Origin: an uncultured archaeon
GTDB taxonomy: Archaea; Altiarchaeota; Altiarchaeia; IMC4; SCGC-AAA252-I15
Length of the DNA stretch: 64,000 bases
Reading direction: 5' to 3'
NCBI GenBank assembly: GCA_902384455.1
Contig: CABMCB010000092.1
Coordinates: 21,106 to 85,105 of the forward strand
Below, one piece after another: positions 9,642 through 19,135 of the stretch (positions within the stretch are counted from its first letter, which is position 1; each line of letters begins with the position of its first letter). The translations under genes and the position numbers were made by a program. The notes beneath the pieces were generated by a model. That model saw only the letters and a list, made by a program, of their open reading frames with translations, did not search any database and was not told the DNA's origin.

Positions 9642-9649
9642 TTTAAATA
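9642..9649 (+). promoter_or_regulatory. Probable TATA box (TTTAAATA) for the HXXEE/ABC operon
   Basis: About 30 nt upstream of the ATG at 9679, typical spacing for a leaderless archaeal transcript. Confidence 0.5.
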
Positions 9650-9678
9650 CGCGGGTATATTACGCTTAGTGGTAGAAG

Positions 9679-10347
9679 ATGACCCCCTTAAAATTTCTAA
9701 GACGGCATTGGCACGATATTGGTATTTTTTCGGCAGTGGCCGCAGGGGCCTACCTGATATCTGCGTGGAATGAGCTGGTCTTTTTACAAAAACTTCTTAT
9801 TCTCAACTTTATTGCCGTTCTTATCCACCAATTTGAAGAATACAGTTGGCCGGGCGGATTTCCGGCGATTGCGAATAAAGTTTTTATGCCAAGTTTAAAA
9901 TTAGACCGCTTTCTGAACCCGCTGAACCAGAATTCGTCCATGGTGGCTAACCTTATTTTTGCATACGGGTTCTTCTTGCTTCCAGTGTTTTTCCCAAACG
10001 TGATTTGGCTAGGTTTAGCGCCTGTCCTTGTCGGCTTTGTTCAATTCATCGGCCACGCCATTTATGTAAACCTGAAGCTAAAATCTTTCTATAGCCCTGG
10101 CGTTGCCTCCATTATTTTTGGTTGGATCCCAATCGGCGTGGTATACATATATTACATTCAAGCAAACAGTATGGTGAACTTGTGGGATTGGCTGCTTGCA
10201 GTGGTGTGGGCGGCTGTCTCCATGCTCCTCATTTTTTATATAATTGAACAAAAATTGCTCGGCAGCAAAAACTCGCCTTATCCCTTCGACCCAGATGAAA
10301 TGAAACGCTTCGACGTTGAGAAGAAACTTGAGCTTGCCAGACGATAA
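9679..10347 (+). CDS. HXXEE domain membrane protein
   Basis: LIHQFEEYSWPGGF, YSPG, multiple TM helices. Confidence 0.85.
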   Translation: MTPLKFLRRHWHDIGIFSAVAAGAYLISAWNELVFLQKLLILNFIAVLIHQFEEYSWPGGFPAIANKVFMPSLKLDRFLNPLNQNSSMVANLIFAYGFFLLPVFFPNVIWLGLAPVLVGFVQFIGHAIYVNLKLKSFYSPGVASIIFGWIPIGVVYIYYIQANSMVNLWDWLLAVVWAAVSMLLIFYIIEQKLLGSKNSPYPFDPDEMKRFDVEKKLELARR

Positions 10348-10370
10348 TGGGATAAAAGAAAAAATAAAGC

Positions 10371-11372
10371 ATGAAAGTTGTCTCAATCAATAATCTGTCA
10401 AAAGACTTTAACGGTTTAAAGGCTGTCGACAACATCAGCTTTAGCGTTGAAGAGGGAGATGTTTTCGGCTTTCTCGGACCGAACGGAGCAGGCAAGACAA
10501 CCACGATTTCTATGCTGGTGACATTGCTCAAGCCAACTTCGGGAGACGCGTTTGTAAATGGTTTCAACATTAATACTGAGAAAGATGGCGTGCGAAAATC
10601 AATTGGAATCGTCTTCCAAGACCCAAGTCTCGATGAGGAGTTAACGGCATATCAAAACATGGACTTCCACGGCAGGTTGTACAAGATTCCGAAAGAAGTC
10701 CGTGAGAGACGGGTTCTTGAACTATTAAAGCTGGTCGAGCTTGACAATCGGAAGAACGACCTTGTTAAGACGTTTTCAGGCGGCATGCGGCGTCGCCTTG
10801 AGATTGCAAGGGGTTTACTTCACGAGCCTAAAGTGCTGTTTCTGGATGAACCCACGCTTGGGCTTGACCCGCAGACTCGAAATCACATTTGGGAGTACAT
10901 ACAAAAGCTTAACGAACGCAAGAAGACCACCATTATCCTGACTACTCATTATATGGACGAAGCCGACCGGTTGTGCAATCGCGTGGCAATCATTGATCAC
11001 GGCAGAATAATCGCCGTGAACACTCCGCAGCATCTGAAGGAGAGTATCGGAGGCGATGTCATAACCATTCGAACTCATGATGGCAGCAGGCTTCTAACAA
11101 TCGTGGAGAATGCCAAATGGGTGACCGGCGCTAAAGAGCATGATGGGCATGTAACGCTTAATGTAAAAGACGCTGAAGAGGATGTTGCAAAACTCATAAC
11201 TCTTCTAGGCGACAAAAAAATCAGAATCATGTCAGTAACCATCAACAAGCCGACGCTTGAAGACGTGTTCTTGCACTACACAGGCAACACCATCCGCGAG
11301 GAGGAGATGACTGGAACAGATGCAGTTCACATGAGATACCACATGTGGCAAAGTATCAATAGGAATAAATAA
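10371..11372 (+). CDS. ABC-2 exporter ATP-binding subunit (DrrA-like)
   Basis: GPNGAGKTT, FSGGMRRR, LDEPT, TTHYMDEA, PTLEDVF. Confidence 0.95.
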   Translation: MKVVSINNLSKDFNGLKAVDNISFSVEEGDVFGFLGPNGAGKTTTISMLVTLLKPTSGDAFVNGFNINTEKDGVRKSIGIVFQDPSLDEELTAYQNMDFHGRLYKIPKEVRERRVLELLKLVELDNRKNDLVKTFSGGMRRRLEIARGLLHEPKVLFLDEPTLGLDPQTRNHIWEYIQKLNERKKTTIILTTHYMDEADRLCNRVAIIDHGRIIAVNTPQHLKESIGGDVITIRTHDGSRLLTIVENAKWVTGAKEHDGHVTLNVKDAEEDVAKLITLLGDKKIRIMSVTINKPTLEDVFLHYTGNTIREEEMTGTDAVHMRYHMWQSINRNK

Positions 11373-11373
11373 A

Positions 11374-12129
11374 ATGCTGGATGTAATTTATGTGTTATGG
11401 CTTAGGAACGTGCTTCGTTACATACAGTCTAAAAGCAGAATCATCGCACTCCTCGGAATGCCACTTTTCTTCCTCATCATCCTAGGGTTTGGATTGAATC
11501 CGGTCATGAACATACCAGTCCAACAAAACGGCTACAAAGGATTTGTGATTCCCGGAGTTGTTGCCATGAGCGTCCTCTTCATGTCCATATTTTCAGGCGT
11601 ACAAATTATCTGGGACAAGCAAGTCGGATTCATAAAGGAAACCCTCATAGCCCCGGTCACAAGGCTAGAAATCATGGTCGGCCAGACGCTCGGCGGCGCC
11701 ACAACTGCAATAATACAAGGACTTCTGACTCTCATCATAGCCGTCTTATTCTCAGGAATCACCGTTTTTTCGCCATACGGATTCTGCGTTGCACTAGTAT
11801 TCATGATGCTTGTCGGCATATCGTTCACAGCGCTCGGCATAGCATTCTCATCGCAGATGGAAGACACACAAGTATTCCAACTTATAATGAGCTTTGTCAT
11901 CTTCCCCATCTTCGGCCTTTCAGGAGCCCTCTTCCCCATAAGCACGCTACCCTCCTGGATGAAGTTTCTCACCTACCTTGACCCCCTCACCTACGGCGTG
12001 GAAGGAATAAGATGGGGCCTCTTCGGGCAGTCTGCAATAAACCCGGTCACAAGCTTTATCGTCCTTTCGGCTTTCACAGCAGTCACGGTGACAGTAGGGC
12101 AACACCTCTTCAAGAGCATAAAAATATAA
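11374..12129 (+). CDS. ABC-2 exporter permease
   Basis: Six TM helices, LSGALFP..LPSW...DPLTYGVEG. Confidence 0.92.
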   Translation: MLDVIYVLWLRNVLRYIQSKSRIIALLGMPLFFLIILGFGLNPVMNIPVQQNGYKGFVIPGVVAMSVLFMSIFSGVQIIWDKQVGFIKETLIAPVTRLEIMVGQTLGGATTAIIQGLLTLIIAVLFSGITVFSPYGFCVALVFMMLVGISFTALGIAFSSQMEDTQVFQLIMSFVIFPIFGLSGALFPISTLPSWMKFLTYLDPLTYGVEGIRWGLFGQSAINPVTSFIVLSAFTAVTVTVGQHLFKSIKI

Positions 12130-12191
12130 AACAATAAGGCTTGTGTCAAACTGCTGTTGAATTTAATATTATGCTGTGGAAGCAATTTTTC

Positions 12192-12467
12192 TTAGTTTTG
12201 TGATTGTTTGTATATGTTGTCGTGGTGGTCATAATCCTCTATTACGACGGTTTTTGTTTTTTCGTTGATTGAGTATGTGAGGACGAAGTTTTTGTCTATG
12301 TGAACTCTTTTGAGGTTTTGAAGTGGGGCTTTGAGGTTTTTATAGTGCTGCGGGTTTATGCGGATTTCCTCTATCTTTTTCCCTATTATTTCAAGTTGCT
12401 TCGGATTCTTTTTAGAAAGCTTGCGAAAGATTTCTTCGACACTTTTGCGAATTTCACAGGAGTACAT
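12192..12467 (-). CDS. RelE/YafQ-like toxin of a type II TA system
   Basis: 91 aa basic protein; NP..YKNL...L...KRVHI...FVLTY...DYDHHDNIY. Confidence 0.8.
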   Translation of the reverse strand: MYSCEIRKSVEEIFRKLSKKNPKQLEIIGKKIEEIRINPQHYKNLKAPLQNLKRVHIDKNFVLTYSINEKTKTVVIEDYDHHDNIYKQSQN

Positions 12468-12468
12468 A

Positions 12469-12702
12469 CTATTTCAGGCCGAATTGCTTCTTGAAGTCGG
12501 TTACTTTCACAGTCGGCTCTTTCTGGCGGGCCATCATCTTTTCTATGAACTCGGGCCTAAGTTGCGGCTCAAGTAGGGAGGCGCCGTATTCCAATACGAC
12601 GTATTCTATAGCCTGCGACTTATCCTTAAGGTTGTGTTTCGCTTTCACAACGTTCAGCACTTGATTCGCGTCCTTTGATATGTTCACCATAGCTTGAACC
12701 AT
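12469..12702 (-). CDS. Antitoxin (DUF2683-like, probable ribbon-helix-helix)
   Basis: MVQAMVNIS..ANQVLNVVKAK..LKDKSQAI...LEPQLRPEFIEK; 1 nt upstream of the toxin. Confidence 0.75.
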   Translation of the reverse strand: MVQAMVNISKDANQVLNVVKAKHNLKDKSQAIEYVVLEYGASLLEPQLRPEFIEKMMARQKEPTVKVTDFKKQFGLK

Positions 12703-12734
12703 ATATTACACCTATATTTGGTATATATTCTATG

Positions 12735-12742
12735 TATATAAA
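12735..12742 (-). promoter_or_regulatory. Probable TATA box (TTTATATA) of the TA operon
   Basis: Canonical TATA on the minus strand about 32 nt before the antitoxin ATG. Confidence 0.55.
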
Positions 12743-12795
12743 TGTGCTGCGGGGACTTCTAGCAGCCCGTCACATGAACGCTGTTAATGCCGGAG

Positions 12796-13161
12796 TTATT
12801 TCTTTTGTTTCCATTTTCCGGCGGCCAAGGGTAGGATGAACGTTAATGCGTAGTATATGTATACGTCTATTTTGTAGTATCCGTCTGTTGGGTTGAGCAT
12901 CTTGATTATGAAGAGGTAGTCGAGTACGACGGCGATTAAAGTCCAGAAGACTGCGAGTTTTAGGTAGTATTTGAGGTCTGTTGCTTTGATTTTCGCAAGC
13001 AGCACCCAGAGAGTTATTATTGTGCCTATCGGGAGTATGGCCCAGCCGATTAGTTGAGTGGGCAGTAGGAAGTAGAATATGAATCCGAGTATGTAGCCTA
13101 TGAGCCAGAGCAGTATTCCCCAACCTAACTTGTCCTTAAGGATTTGCTTGTTGAGTGCCAC
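12796..13161 (-). CDS. Small four-TM membrane protein
   Basis: 121 aa hydrophobic ORF, GTG start. Confidence 0.7.
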   Translation of the reverse strand: MALNKQILKDKLGWGILLWLIGYILGFIFYFLLPTQLIGWAILPIGTIITLWVLLAKIKATDLKYYLKLAVFWTLIAVVLDYLFIIKMLNPTDGYYKIDVYIYYALTFILPLAAGKWKQKK

Positions 13162-13274
13162 GTTAATTCTGCGGCAGACGCAGGTAAAAGCCGATTAATG
13201 AGACGGTCGCGTGGTTTTTTAAGGGCTTACAGCAGAAGGTAATACGGGTTAAACGTTGTTTACCCGCGGAGAAA

Positions 13275-14036
13275 ATGAAAATTAATTACGGTTGGATTAC
13301 GCCCGCTTTGGCGGTCGCCTTGTTTTGTCTTTCAGTTGCTGCATCAGCTTCAATGATTATTCCGGCAAACGACAACGCGAAGGAGAATTCACGAGGTCCT
13401 GCGCACTCCCCGGTTATAGACGACCAATGGAGCCTTGAGAGGGTGGATTTTATACACTACGCTAAGCCTCCGCAGCAGGGCGGCGGGCCTAAAACTGACG
13501 TCTGCTATAAGTTGATGGGTGTGAAGTGGACTTCTCTTCCTGCGACATACATTATTAACCCCACCAATCCGCAGGGTTTGATGCCTGCGTTTGTGACTTC
13601 CGCGGTATCTGCGGGGGCTGAAACATGGGATGCGGCCACTTCAACCGAGTTGTTTAACAATGCGTATTCAATTGATTCTTCCGTTCAATATGGCGTCCAG
13701 GATTACAAGAACGCCATCGCGTTTGGGGATTACCCTGACGGCAATGTGATTGCCATAACTTCAGTCTGGTTCACCAGAAAAGGAAGTAAAATCGTCGAGT
13801 TCGACATGCTCTTCAACACAAAATACGTCTGGGGCGACTCCGCGGTCAACCCCTCCGTCATGGACCTTGAGAACATAGCCACACACGAGCTGGGCCACAG
13901 CATAGGCTTAAGCGACATCTACAGCACCTCCTGCAGCACTGTGACGATGTACGGTTACTCGAATTACGGAGAAACGCAAAAGAGGTCTCTTGAGCAGGCG
14001 GACGTTACGGGACTGCAAAAGATGTACGGAGCATAA
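13275..14036 (+). CDS. Secreted matrixin-like (M10) zinc metalloprotease
   Basis: Signal peptide; THELGHSIGLSD zinc motif; Met-turn TMYG. Confidence 0.85.
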   Translation: MKINYGWITPALAVALFCLSVAASASMIIPANDNAKENSRGPAHSPVIDDQWSLERVDFIHYAKPPQQGGGPKTDVCYKLMGVKWTSLPATYIINPTNPQGLMPAFVTSAVSAGAETWDAATSTELFNNAYSIDSSVQYGVQDYKNAIAFGDYPDGNVIAITSVWFTRKGSKIVEFDMLFNTKYVWGDSAVNPSVMDLENIATHELGHSIGLSDIYSTSCSTVTMYGYSNYGETQKRSLEQADVTGLQKMYGA

Positions 14037-14072
14037 ATACCGGATAAACGAAAGGTATAGGAAGGTGATTTA

Positions 14073-14651
14073 ATGGCTAAGTCGTTGAAGGGAACACAAA
14101 CGGAAAAGAACTTGCTTGCCGCTTTCGCCGGCGAGTCTCAGGCTCGAAACAGATACACTTATTTTGCGGGCGCGGCCAGGAAGGCTGGTTTTGAGCAGAT
14201 AGCCAACGTCTTTATGGAGACCGCTGAGAATGAGAGGGAGCACGCTAAGGTTTTCTTTAAGTTGCTTGAGGGAGGAGACGTTTCATTCACTGCGTCCTAT
14301 CCCGCCGGAGTTATCGGCGACACCAAAGCGAATTTGCTTGCCGCCGCTAACGGCGAAAATATGGAGTGGACGACTATTTACTCCGACTTCGCCAAAACAG
14401 CAAGAAACGAAGGGCTTAATGAGGCGGCGGTTGCGTTTGAGCAGATTAGTAAAGTCGAAAAGTTTCATGAGGCGCGTTACCGTTCGCTTCTTGCGAGCGT
14501 TGAAAAAGACGCGATCTTCAGGAAGCAGGAGGTGGTTAAGTGGCATTGCCTCAACTGCGGCTACGTTCACGAGGGAACAACTGCGCCCACGCAATGCCCC
14601 GCATGCAAGCATCCGCAGGCGTTCTTCGAAGTCCTCGCGGAAAACTATTAA
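14073..14651 (+). CDS. rbr: Rubrerythrin
   Basis: AFAGESQARNRY, ENEREHA, EKFHEARY, C-terminal CLNCG...CPACKHP; SD-like AGGTGAT upstream. Confidence 0.95.
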   Translation: MAKSLKGTQTEKNLLAAFAGESQARNRYTYFAGAARKAGFEQIANVFMETAENEREHAKVFFKLLEGGDVSFTASYPAGVIGDTKANLLAAANGENMEWTTIYSDFAKTARNEGLNEAAVAFEQISKVEKFHEARYRSLLASVEKDAIFRKQEVVKWHCLNCGYVHEGTTAPTQCPACKHPQAFFEVLAENY

Positions 14652-14676
14652 GGCTAAACAGTTCGCGCAGGCAAGA

Positions 14677-15273
14677 ATGGCAATAACTAAAAAATCTTTG
14701 GGGCCCAAGGCGGTTGTTTTTCCAACGCCGGTGTTTGTGGTAGGAACATACGATAAGCTGGGCAGGCCAAACGTTATGACTGCGGCCTGGGGCGGCATAT
14801 GCTGCTCCAGTCCTCCGGCTGTTTGCGTGTCTTTGCGCAAGGCGACTTACTCTTACCGCAACATACTTGAGAAGAAGGCGTTTACGGTGAACATTCCTTC
14901 GGAGGAGCTGATGAAGGAGGCCGATTTTTTCGGTTTGACTTCTGGGAGGGATGTTGATAAGTTTTCTGCCGCTGGAATCAAGCCGGTAAGAAGCGATTTG
15001 GTTGATGCGCCCTACATACAGGAGTTTCCTCTCACGCTGGAATGCAAGCTGGTAAACTTCACTGATTTGGGGTTGCACACTCAGTTTGTAGGGGAGGTTA
15101 TGGACGTCAAAGCGGACGAGCGCATAATGGAGAAAGGCAAATTGAGCATTGAAAAGATTAAGCCGCTTGTTTTCGACCCTGAGGCAGGCAGGTATTACGC
15201 TTTGGGGAAGTACGTGGGGAAAGCATTCAAGACGGGGGAGATATTCAGCATGCCGCGCGATAAGATGGAGTAG
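14677..15273 (+). CDS. Flavin reductase family protein (flavoredoxin-like)
   Basis: PTPVFVVGTYD..GRPNVMTAAW, FTVNIP, SGRDVDKF, HTQFVGE; start moved from 14230 to the ATG at 14677. Confidence 0.88.
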   Translation: MAITKKSLGPKAVVFPTPVFVVGTYDKLGRPNVMTAAWGGICCSSPPAVCVSLRKATYSYRNILEKKAFTVNIPSEELMKEADFFGLTSGRDVDKFSAAGIKPVRSDLVDAPYIQEFPLTLECKLVNFTDLGLHTQFVGEVMDVKADERIMEKGKLSIEKIKPLVFDPEAGRYYALGKYVGKAFKTGEIFSMPRDKME

Positions 15274-15290
15274 TGATGGCGGCAGGTTGC

Positions 15291-15494
15291 TTATTTTCCG
15301 GTTAATTCTTTTTTCTGTTTTTCGTATTCTTTTTTTGTCAGTTCTCCTTTTGCGTATTTTTTCTTCAGTTTTTCCAGGGGTGTTTCTTCAGGGGATTTGT
15401 TTGATGCCGGCCTGAAGTACCAGATTATGAGGATTATGAGGCCTATGAGGAAGAGGATCCATGTTAGCGGAGTTATGGCGTCGAGTATGTTCAT
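15291..15494 (-). CDS. SHOCT domain small membrane protein
   Basis: One TM helix, then PLEKLKKKYAKGELTKKEYEKQKKEL. Confidence 0.8.
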   Translation of the reverse strand: MNILDAITPLTWILFLIGLIILIIWYFRPASNKSPEETPLEKLKKKYAKGELTKKEYEKQKKELTGK

Positions 15495-15542
15495 GCGTTT
15501 GTATTAGGCGCCTTTTTTATTTAGTTTCGTTAATGGGTTGTT

Positions 15543-15923
15543 ATGAAATGGGTTTTCCTTGTTTGTTTGGTTTTTTTGTGCGGTTGCTTGGATGGTTCTT
15601 CGCCTCAGACGCAGCAGACTCCGTCGGGCGTTGCTGATAACTGCAGCACTTGCGTTGTTCCGGCTGTTGGCGCTGTGGTGAACGTTGACGTTAAGGATTT
15701 TGCTTTTAGTCCGCAGGATGTGCGGGTGAAGGTTAATGACGTCGTCGTCTGGACCAACAGGGACTCAGTGCCTCACGCTATTGTTTCCGATTCCGGCGGC
15801 GAACTTAACTCCGCTCTTTTGAATAACGGCGAAACGTTTTCGCATTTGTTCAAGTCAGCGGAGGTTGTTAACTACCATTGCTCTGTGCATCCTTCGATGA
15901 AGGGTACTGTGACTGTTGAGTGA
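15543..15923 (+). CDS. Cupredoxin (plastocyanin/amicyanin-like) lipoprotein
   Basis: Lipobox-like LCGC; FAFSP, WTNRDSVPH, YHCSVHPSMKG copper ligands. Confidence 0.88.
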   Translation: MKWVFLVCLVFLCGCLDGSSPQTQQTPSGVADNCSTCVVPAVGAVVNVDVKDFAFSPQDVRVKVNDVVVWTNRDSVPHAIVSDSGGELNSALLNNGETFSHLFKSAEVVNYHCSVHPSMKGTVTVE

Positions 15924-15924
15924 C

Positions 15925-16770
15925 TTATTTCCTTTTGAAGTAGGCAACAACCTTTGGCAGAAGAGGAAGCGTTAGCAGTGCCGCAGTTGCGATTTCAGGA
16001 ATTTCCGCGTTTGACGCTAGAAAGAAGATTGTGGTCATAGCCGCTGGCACCGAAAGCAAGTCGGAGAATTTTTTGGGCACGAATCCGTTTAACGTCGGGA
16101 TTATGAAGAGGAATGACGCGGCAATAAAAATCAACGCTAGGCAGTGCCCTATTTGCTCTGTTAGCAGGCCGATTGTTTGCGCTTGCGTGATTAGTCCCAT
16201 GCTCGTAAGTATGACGCTCCAGTCGTGGGTTTGAGGCGTTAATGCGATGCCGCCGAACCCTGTTCCGTATGGGTTTTCCGCGGACTGCATGTACTGCCCT
16301 GCGTGCTGAATCGACAGTGCGGCGCACAAGAGAAAGACGGCTGCGGCGTAATTCGTCTTTTTGTTTGTGAACAGTATTGCCGCAGGAACCAGTGTCGCCA
16401 GAAGCTCCGTGAGTGTTCCGCTCAGGCTGCATATGAATCCGCCGCCGGTTAAGGCGCAGGATATTCCGTGCCCCGCCTCATGCACCCAGACGATTATCAT
16501 GTTGTAGAAGAAGCCCACTGGGGCGTTTACGAGGGAAGTGAATGCCGCGGGAAATGCGAAGGCCAAGAATAGTATTCCGGACAGCAGGATGTTTTCCTGG
16601 CTCTGCTTTTCTTTTTCCTTTAGTTCCAACGCACTGTTGAAAGTAGAGTACCTCTTTTTCTGCGCGTCTACTTCATCTTCCCTAAGTTCCGGCGGAACCC
16701 AGTCTTCCACGCCCAGCTCTTTAACCGAAGGAATCGGCGTCGGCACAGTTAAGTATTCTAAGGAACACAA
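15925..16770 (-). CDS. M50-like intramembrane zinc metalloprotease
   Basis: WVHEAGHG within a TM segment, later HDW; true start may be the GTG near 16746. Confidence 0.65.
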   Translation of the reverse strand: MCSLEYLTVPTPIPSVKELGVEDWVPPELREDEVDAQKKRYSTFNSALELKEKEKQSQENILLSGILFLAFAFPAAFTSLVNAPVGFFYNMIIVWVHEAGHGISCALTGGGFICSLSGTLTELLATLVPAAILFTNKKTNYAAAVFLLCAALSIQHAGQYMQSAENPYGTGFGGIALTPQTHDWSVILTSMGLITQAQTIGLLTEQIGHCLALIFIAASFLFIIPTLNGFVPKKFSDLLSVPAAMTTIFFLASNAEIPEIATAALLTLPLLPKVVAYFKRK

Positions 16771-16812
16771 TTAAGCGGTATTTTTATCTGAGCCCACACA
16801 CTTTTTTATAGG

Positions 16813-17568
16813 ATGGCCAACCGAAGCATTCTGACGTTGATGCTTTCGTTCTTACTTATCATGCCTTCGCTTGCTTGCGCAGACTTGGGGCCTAAGCCTA
16901 CAATGGACTTTAGTCTGGTTTATGAGACGTCGAAGCAGGTTCAACTTTTGGGCGGGGAACAGTTTGAGTGCGAGGACGCTAACTGCGCAGACATTAAGCC
17001 GCTTCTGCAGGTTGGGCCACAAAGGTTTACTTGCGAAAGCGAGTCTTGCCGAAGCATGGCCTACGGGTATTCTCGCTATCAGAAGCTTGTGTTGAATTTT
17101 TCAGACAGAACTCGGGAAAGCAACGTGTTTAAGTCGGGCGCATTTTCTTCTAATTACGTTGTAAGGGTGAGGGATGACGGCCTTTTTGTGGAGGATATGA
17201 CGCCGCCTTCCGTGGGGAGGTTTCTTTTGTTCTGCGTTTCCCTCCTGGTTACGCTCGTTTTGGAGTCGGTGGCCGCGTTAGTTTTCGTCGTTTTCCTTAA
17301 GCTTCCTAGAGGTAGGATTGTTGCATTTGTCGCTGTCGCAAACATAATTTCGCTCCCCATAGTGTGGCTTGTTTTCCCACTGCTAGGCAATGCGATTCTG
17401 GTGATTTTGCTTTCAGAAGCGTTCGCGGTATTGTTTGAGGCCGCTTTTATCCATCTTTTGAACAAGAAGATTCTGTCTCTTAGATTGGCGTTGGCGTTGA
17501 GCATCGTGACCAATCTCATGAGCTTCGTTGTTGGCAACATCCTTCTTTGGCTGAGCCTTAGTATGTGA
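16813..17568 (+). CDS. Membrane protein with signal peptide, Cys-containing extracellular domain and four C-terminal TM helices
   Basis: Signal peptide ending ACA-DLGPKP; hydrophobic C-terminal half. Confidence 0.7.
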   Translation: MANRSILTLMLSFLLIMPSLACADLGPKPTMDFSLVYETSKQVQLLGGEQFECEDANCADIKPLLQVGPQRFTCESESCRSMAYGYSRYQKLVLNFSDRTRESNVFKSGAFSSNYVVRVRDDGLFVEDMTPPSVGRFLLFCVSLLVTLVLESVAALVFVVFLKLPRGRIVAFVAVANIISLPIVWLVFPLLGNAILVILLSEAFAVLFEAAFIHLLNKKILSLRLALALSIVTNLMSFVVGNILLWLSLSM

Positions 17569-17604
17569 GCCGGTTTTATTTGCTGTTGCTTAATGGTTTC
17601 TGGT

Positions 17605-18735
17605 ATGGCACACAAGATTGCTGTCGTTCCCGGAGACGGAATAGGGCCGGAGATAATTGGGGAAGGCCGGAAGGTGCTGGACGCCGCCGCCGAAAAACAC
17701 GGCTTCAAAATCAAGTGGGAGGAGTTTCCTTACGGAGCAGACCACTATTTCGCCACAAAAGAGCTTCTGCCGGACGAAGGATTGAAGAGGCTCTCCAAGA
17801 ACGAGGCCATTTACCTTGGAGCGTTAGGAGACCCGCGCGCAACACCGGGAGTGCTCGAAAAAGGGATACTTCTGAAGATGAGATTCTACTTCGACGAATA
17901 CGTGAATCTTCGCCCAATCCGCCTTCTTGAAGGCGTAGACTGCCCATTGAAAGGCAAGAAGCCGGGCGACATAAACTTCACAATAATCAGGGAAAACACC
18001 GAAGACTTTTACGTAGGAATAGGCCACCGAGCAAAGCAAGGCAAAAACAAGCAGGAGCTTGAAGTAATACGCGACCTGTACCGCGTCAAATTCGGCCTGG
18101 ACGTTGACGTGGACGGGGACGAAATCGCATACCAAATCGGCGTCATAAGCAAAAAAGGGTCGGAAAGAATCATACGGTACGCATTCGAGTACGCCAAAAA
18201 GAAGGGGAAGACTAAGGTTACTGCGGTCGACAAAGCGAACGTATTGGACAAAGTATACGGCCTGTGGCGCGAGCAAGTTGAAGCAGTAGCCAAGGATTAC
18301 CCGGAAATCCAGTATGAATTCAATTTCGTGGACGCAATCACAATGTGGTTCGTCAAGCAGCCGGAATACTACCAAGTCGTCGTGACGCCCAACATGTTCG
18401 GCGACATCATAAGCGACCTAGGAGCGATGATTCAAGGCGGATTGGGGCTTGCGCCAGGCGGCAACATCAACCCCGACGGCGTCAGCATGTTCGAGCCAAT
18501 ACACGGCAGCGCCCCGAAATACAAGGGAATGAACGTGGCCAATCCTCTTGCCACTATTTGGGCGGGAGCTTTGCTTCTCGACGAAATCGGACAGGAGAAG
18601 GCCGCTGAAGACGTTGTCCGCGCTGTTGAGTCCGTGCTTAGGGAAGGTAAGGTTAGGACGAAGGATTTGGGCGGCACAAACACCACCTCAGACATGGGTG
18701 ACGCTGTCGCCAAAAAGGTTTTGGGTAAGGGATGA
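17605..18735 (+). CDS. leuB: 3-isopropylmalate/tartrate dehydrogenase family protein
   Basis: [49 protein letters not shown]. Confidence 0.85.
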   Translation: MAHKIAVVPGDGIGPEIIGEGRKVLDAAAEKHGFKIKWEEFPYGADHYFATKELLPDEGLKRLSKNEAIYLGALGDPRATPGVLEKGILLKMRFYFDEYVNLRPIRLLEGVDCPLKGKKPGDINFTIIRENTEDFYVGIGHRAKQGKNKQELEVIRDLYRVKFGLDVDVDGDEIAYQIGVISKKGSERIIRYAFEYAKKKGKTKVTAVDKANVLDKVYGLWREQVEAVAKDYPEIQYEFNFVDAITMWFVKQPEYYQVVVTPNMFGDIISDLGAMIQGGLGLAPGGNINPDGVSMFEPIHGSAPKYKGMNVANPLATIWAGALLLDEIGQEKAAEDVVRAVESVLREGKVRTKDLGGTNTTSDMGDAVAKKVLGKG

Positions 18736-19133
18736 AAGGCAGTTGGGTTTACGTTGCGGTGGCGCTTGCTGCGGCTGCTTACGTTGGGGGATGCCTTGGC
18801 GGCCAGGACAGCAATCTTAATTCGAATGCTACTTACGTCATCTTGTCTGCGCCCGACTTCAAGGCTTTGATTGAGGGGGGAAACGTCTTTCTCTTGGACG
18901 TCTACGTGCCTAAGCAGACGCAACTGATAGGCACTGACGCCACCATACCTTACGACAAGATTAAGGAGAACGCCGAGAGGCTGCCGCAAAAATCGGCTAC
19001 AATCGCGGTGTACTGCAAAAGCGGCGAGATGGCCAAGCTTGCCGCCAAAGACTTGGTTGATTTAGGTTACACGAACGTCTACGTCCTAGAGGGTGGAACA
19101 GACGCTTGGAGAGCCGCAGGATACGACATCTGA
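18732..19133 (+). CDS. Rhodanese-like domain lipoprotein
   Basis: Lipobox-like VGGC; VYCKSG active loop; LEGGTDAW. Confidence 0.8.
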   Translation: MKGSWVYVAVALAAAAYVGGCLGGQDSNLNSNATYVILSAPDFKALIEGGNVFLLDVYVPKQTQLIGTDATIPYDKIKENAERLPQKSATIAVYCKSGEMAKLAAKDLVDLGYTNVYVLEGGTDAWRAAGYDI

Positions 19134-19135
19134 CA

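Noticed and set aside
12703-12734. NrdR-box-like or palindromic operator upstream of the TA pair (CCTATATTTGG)
   Set aside because: Symmetry is weak in very AT-rich sequence; cannot be told from chance
14230-14676. 347-aa ORF overlapping rubrerythrin
   Set aside because: The N-terminal part is an alternative-frame extension; the flavin reductase domain starts at the ATG at 14677
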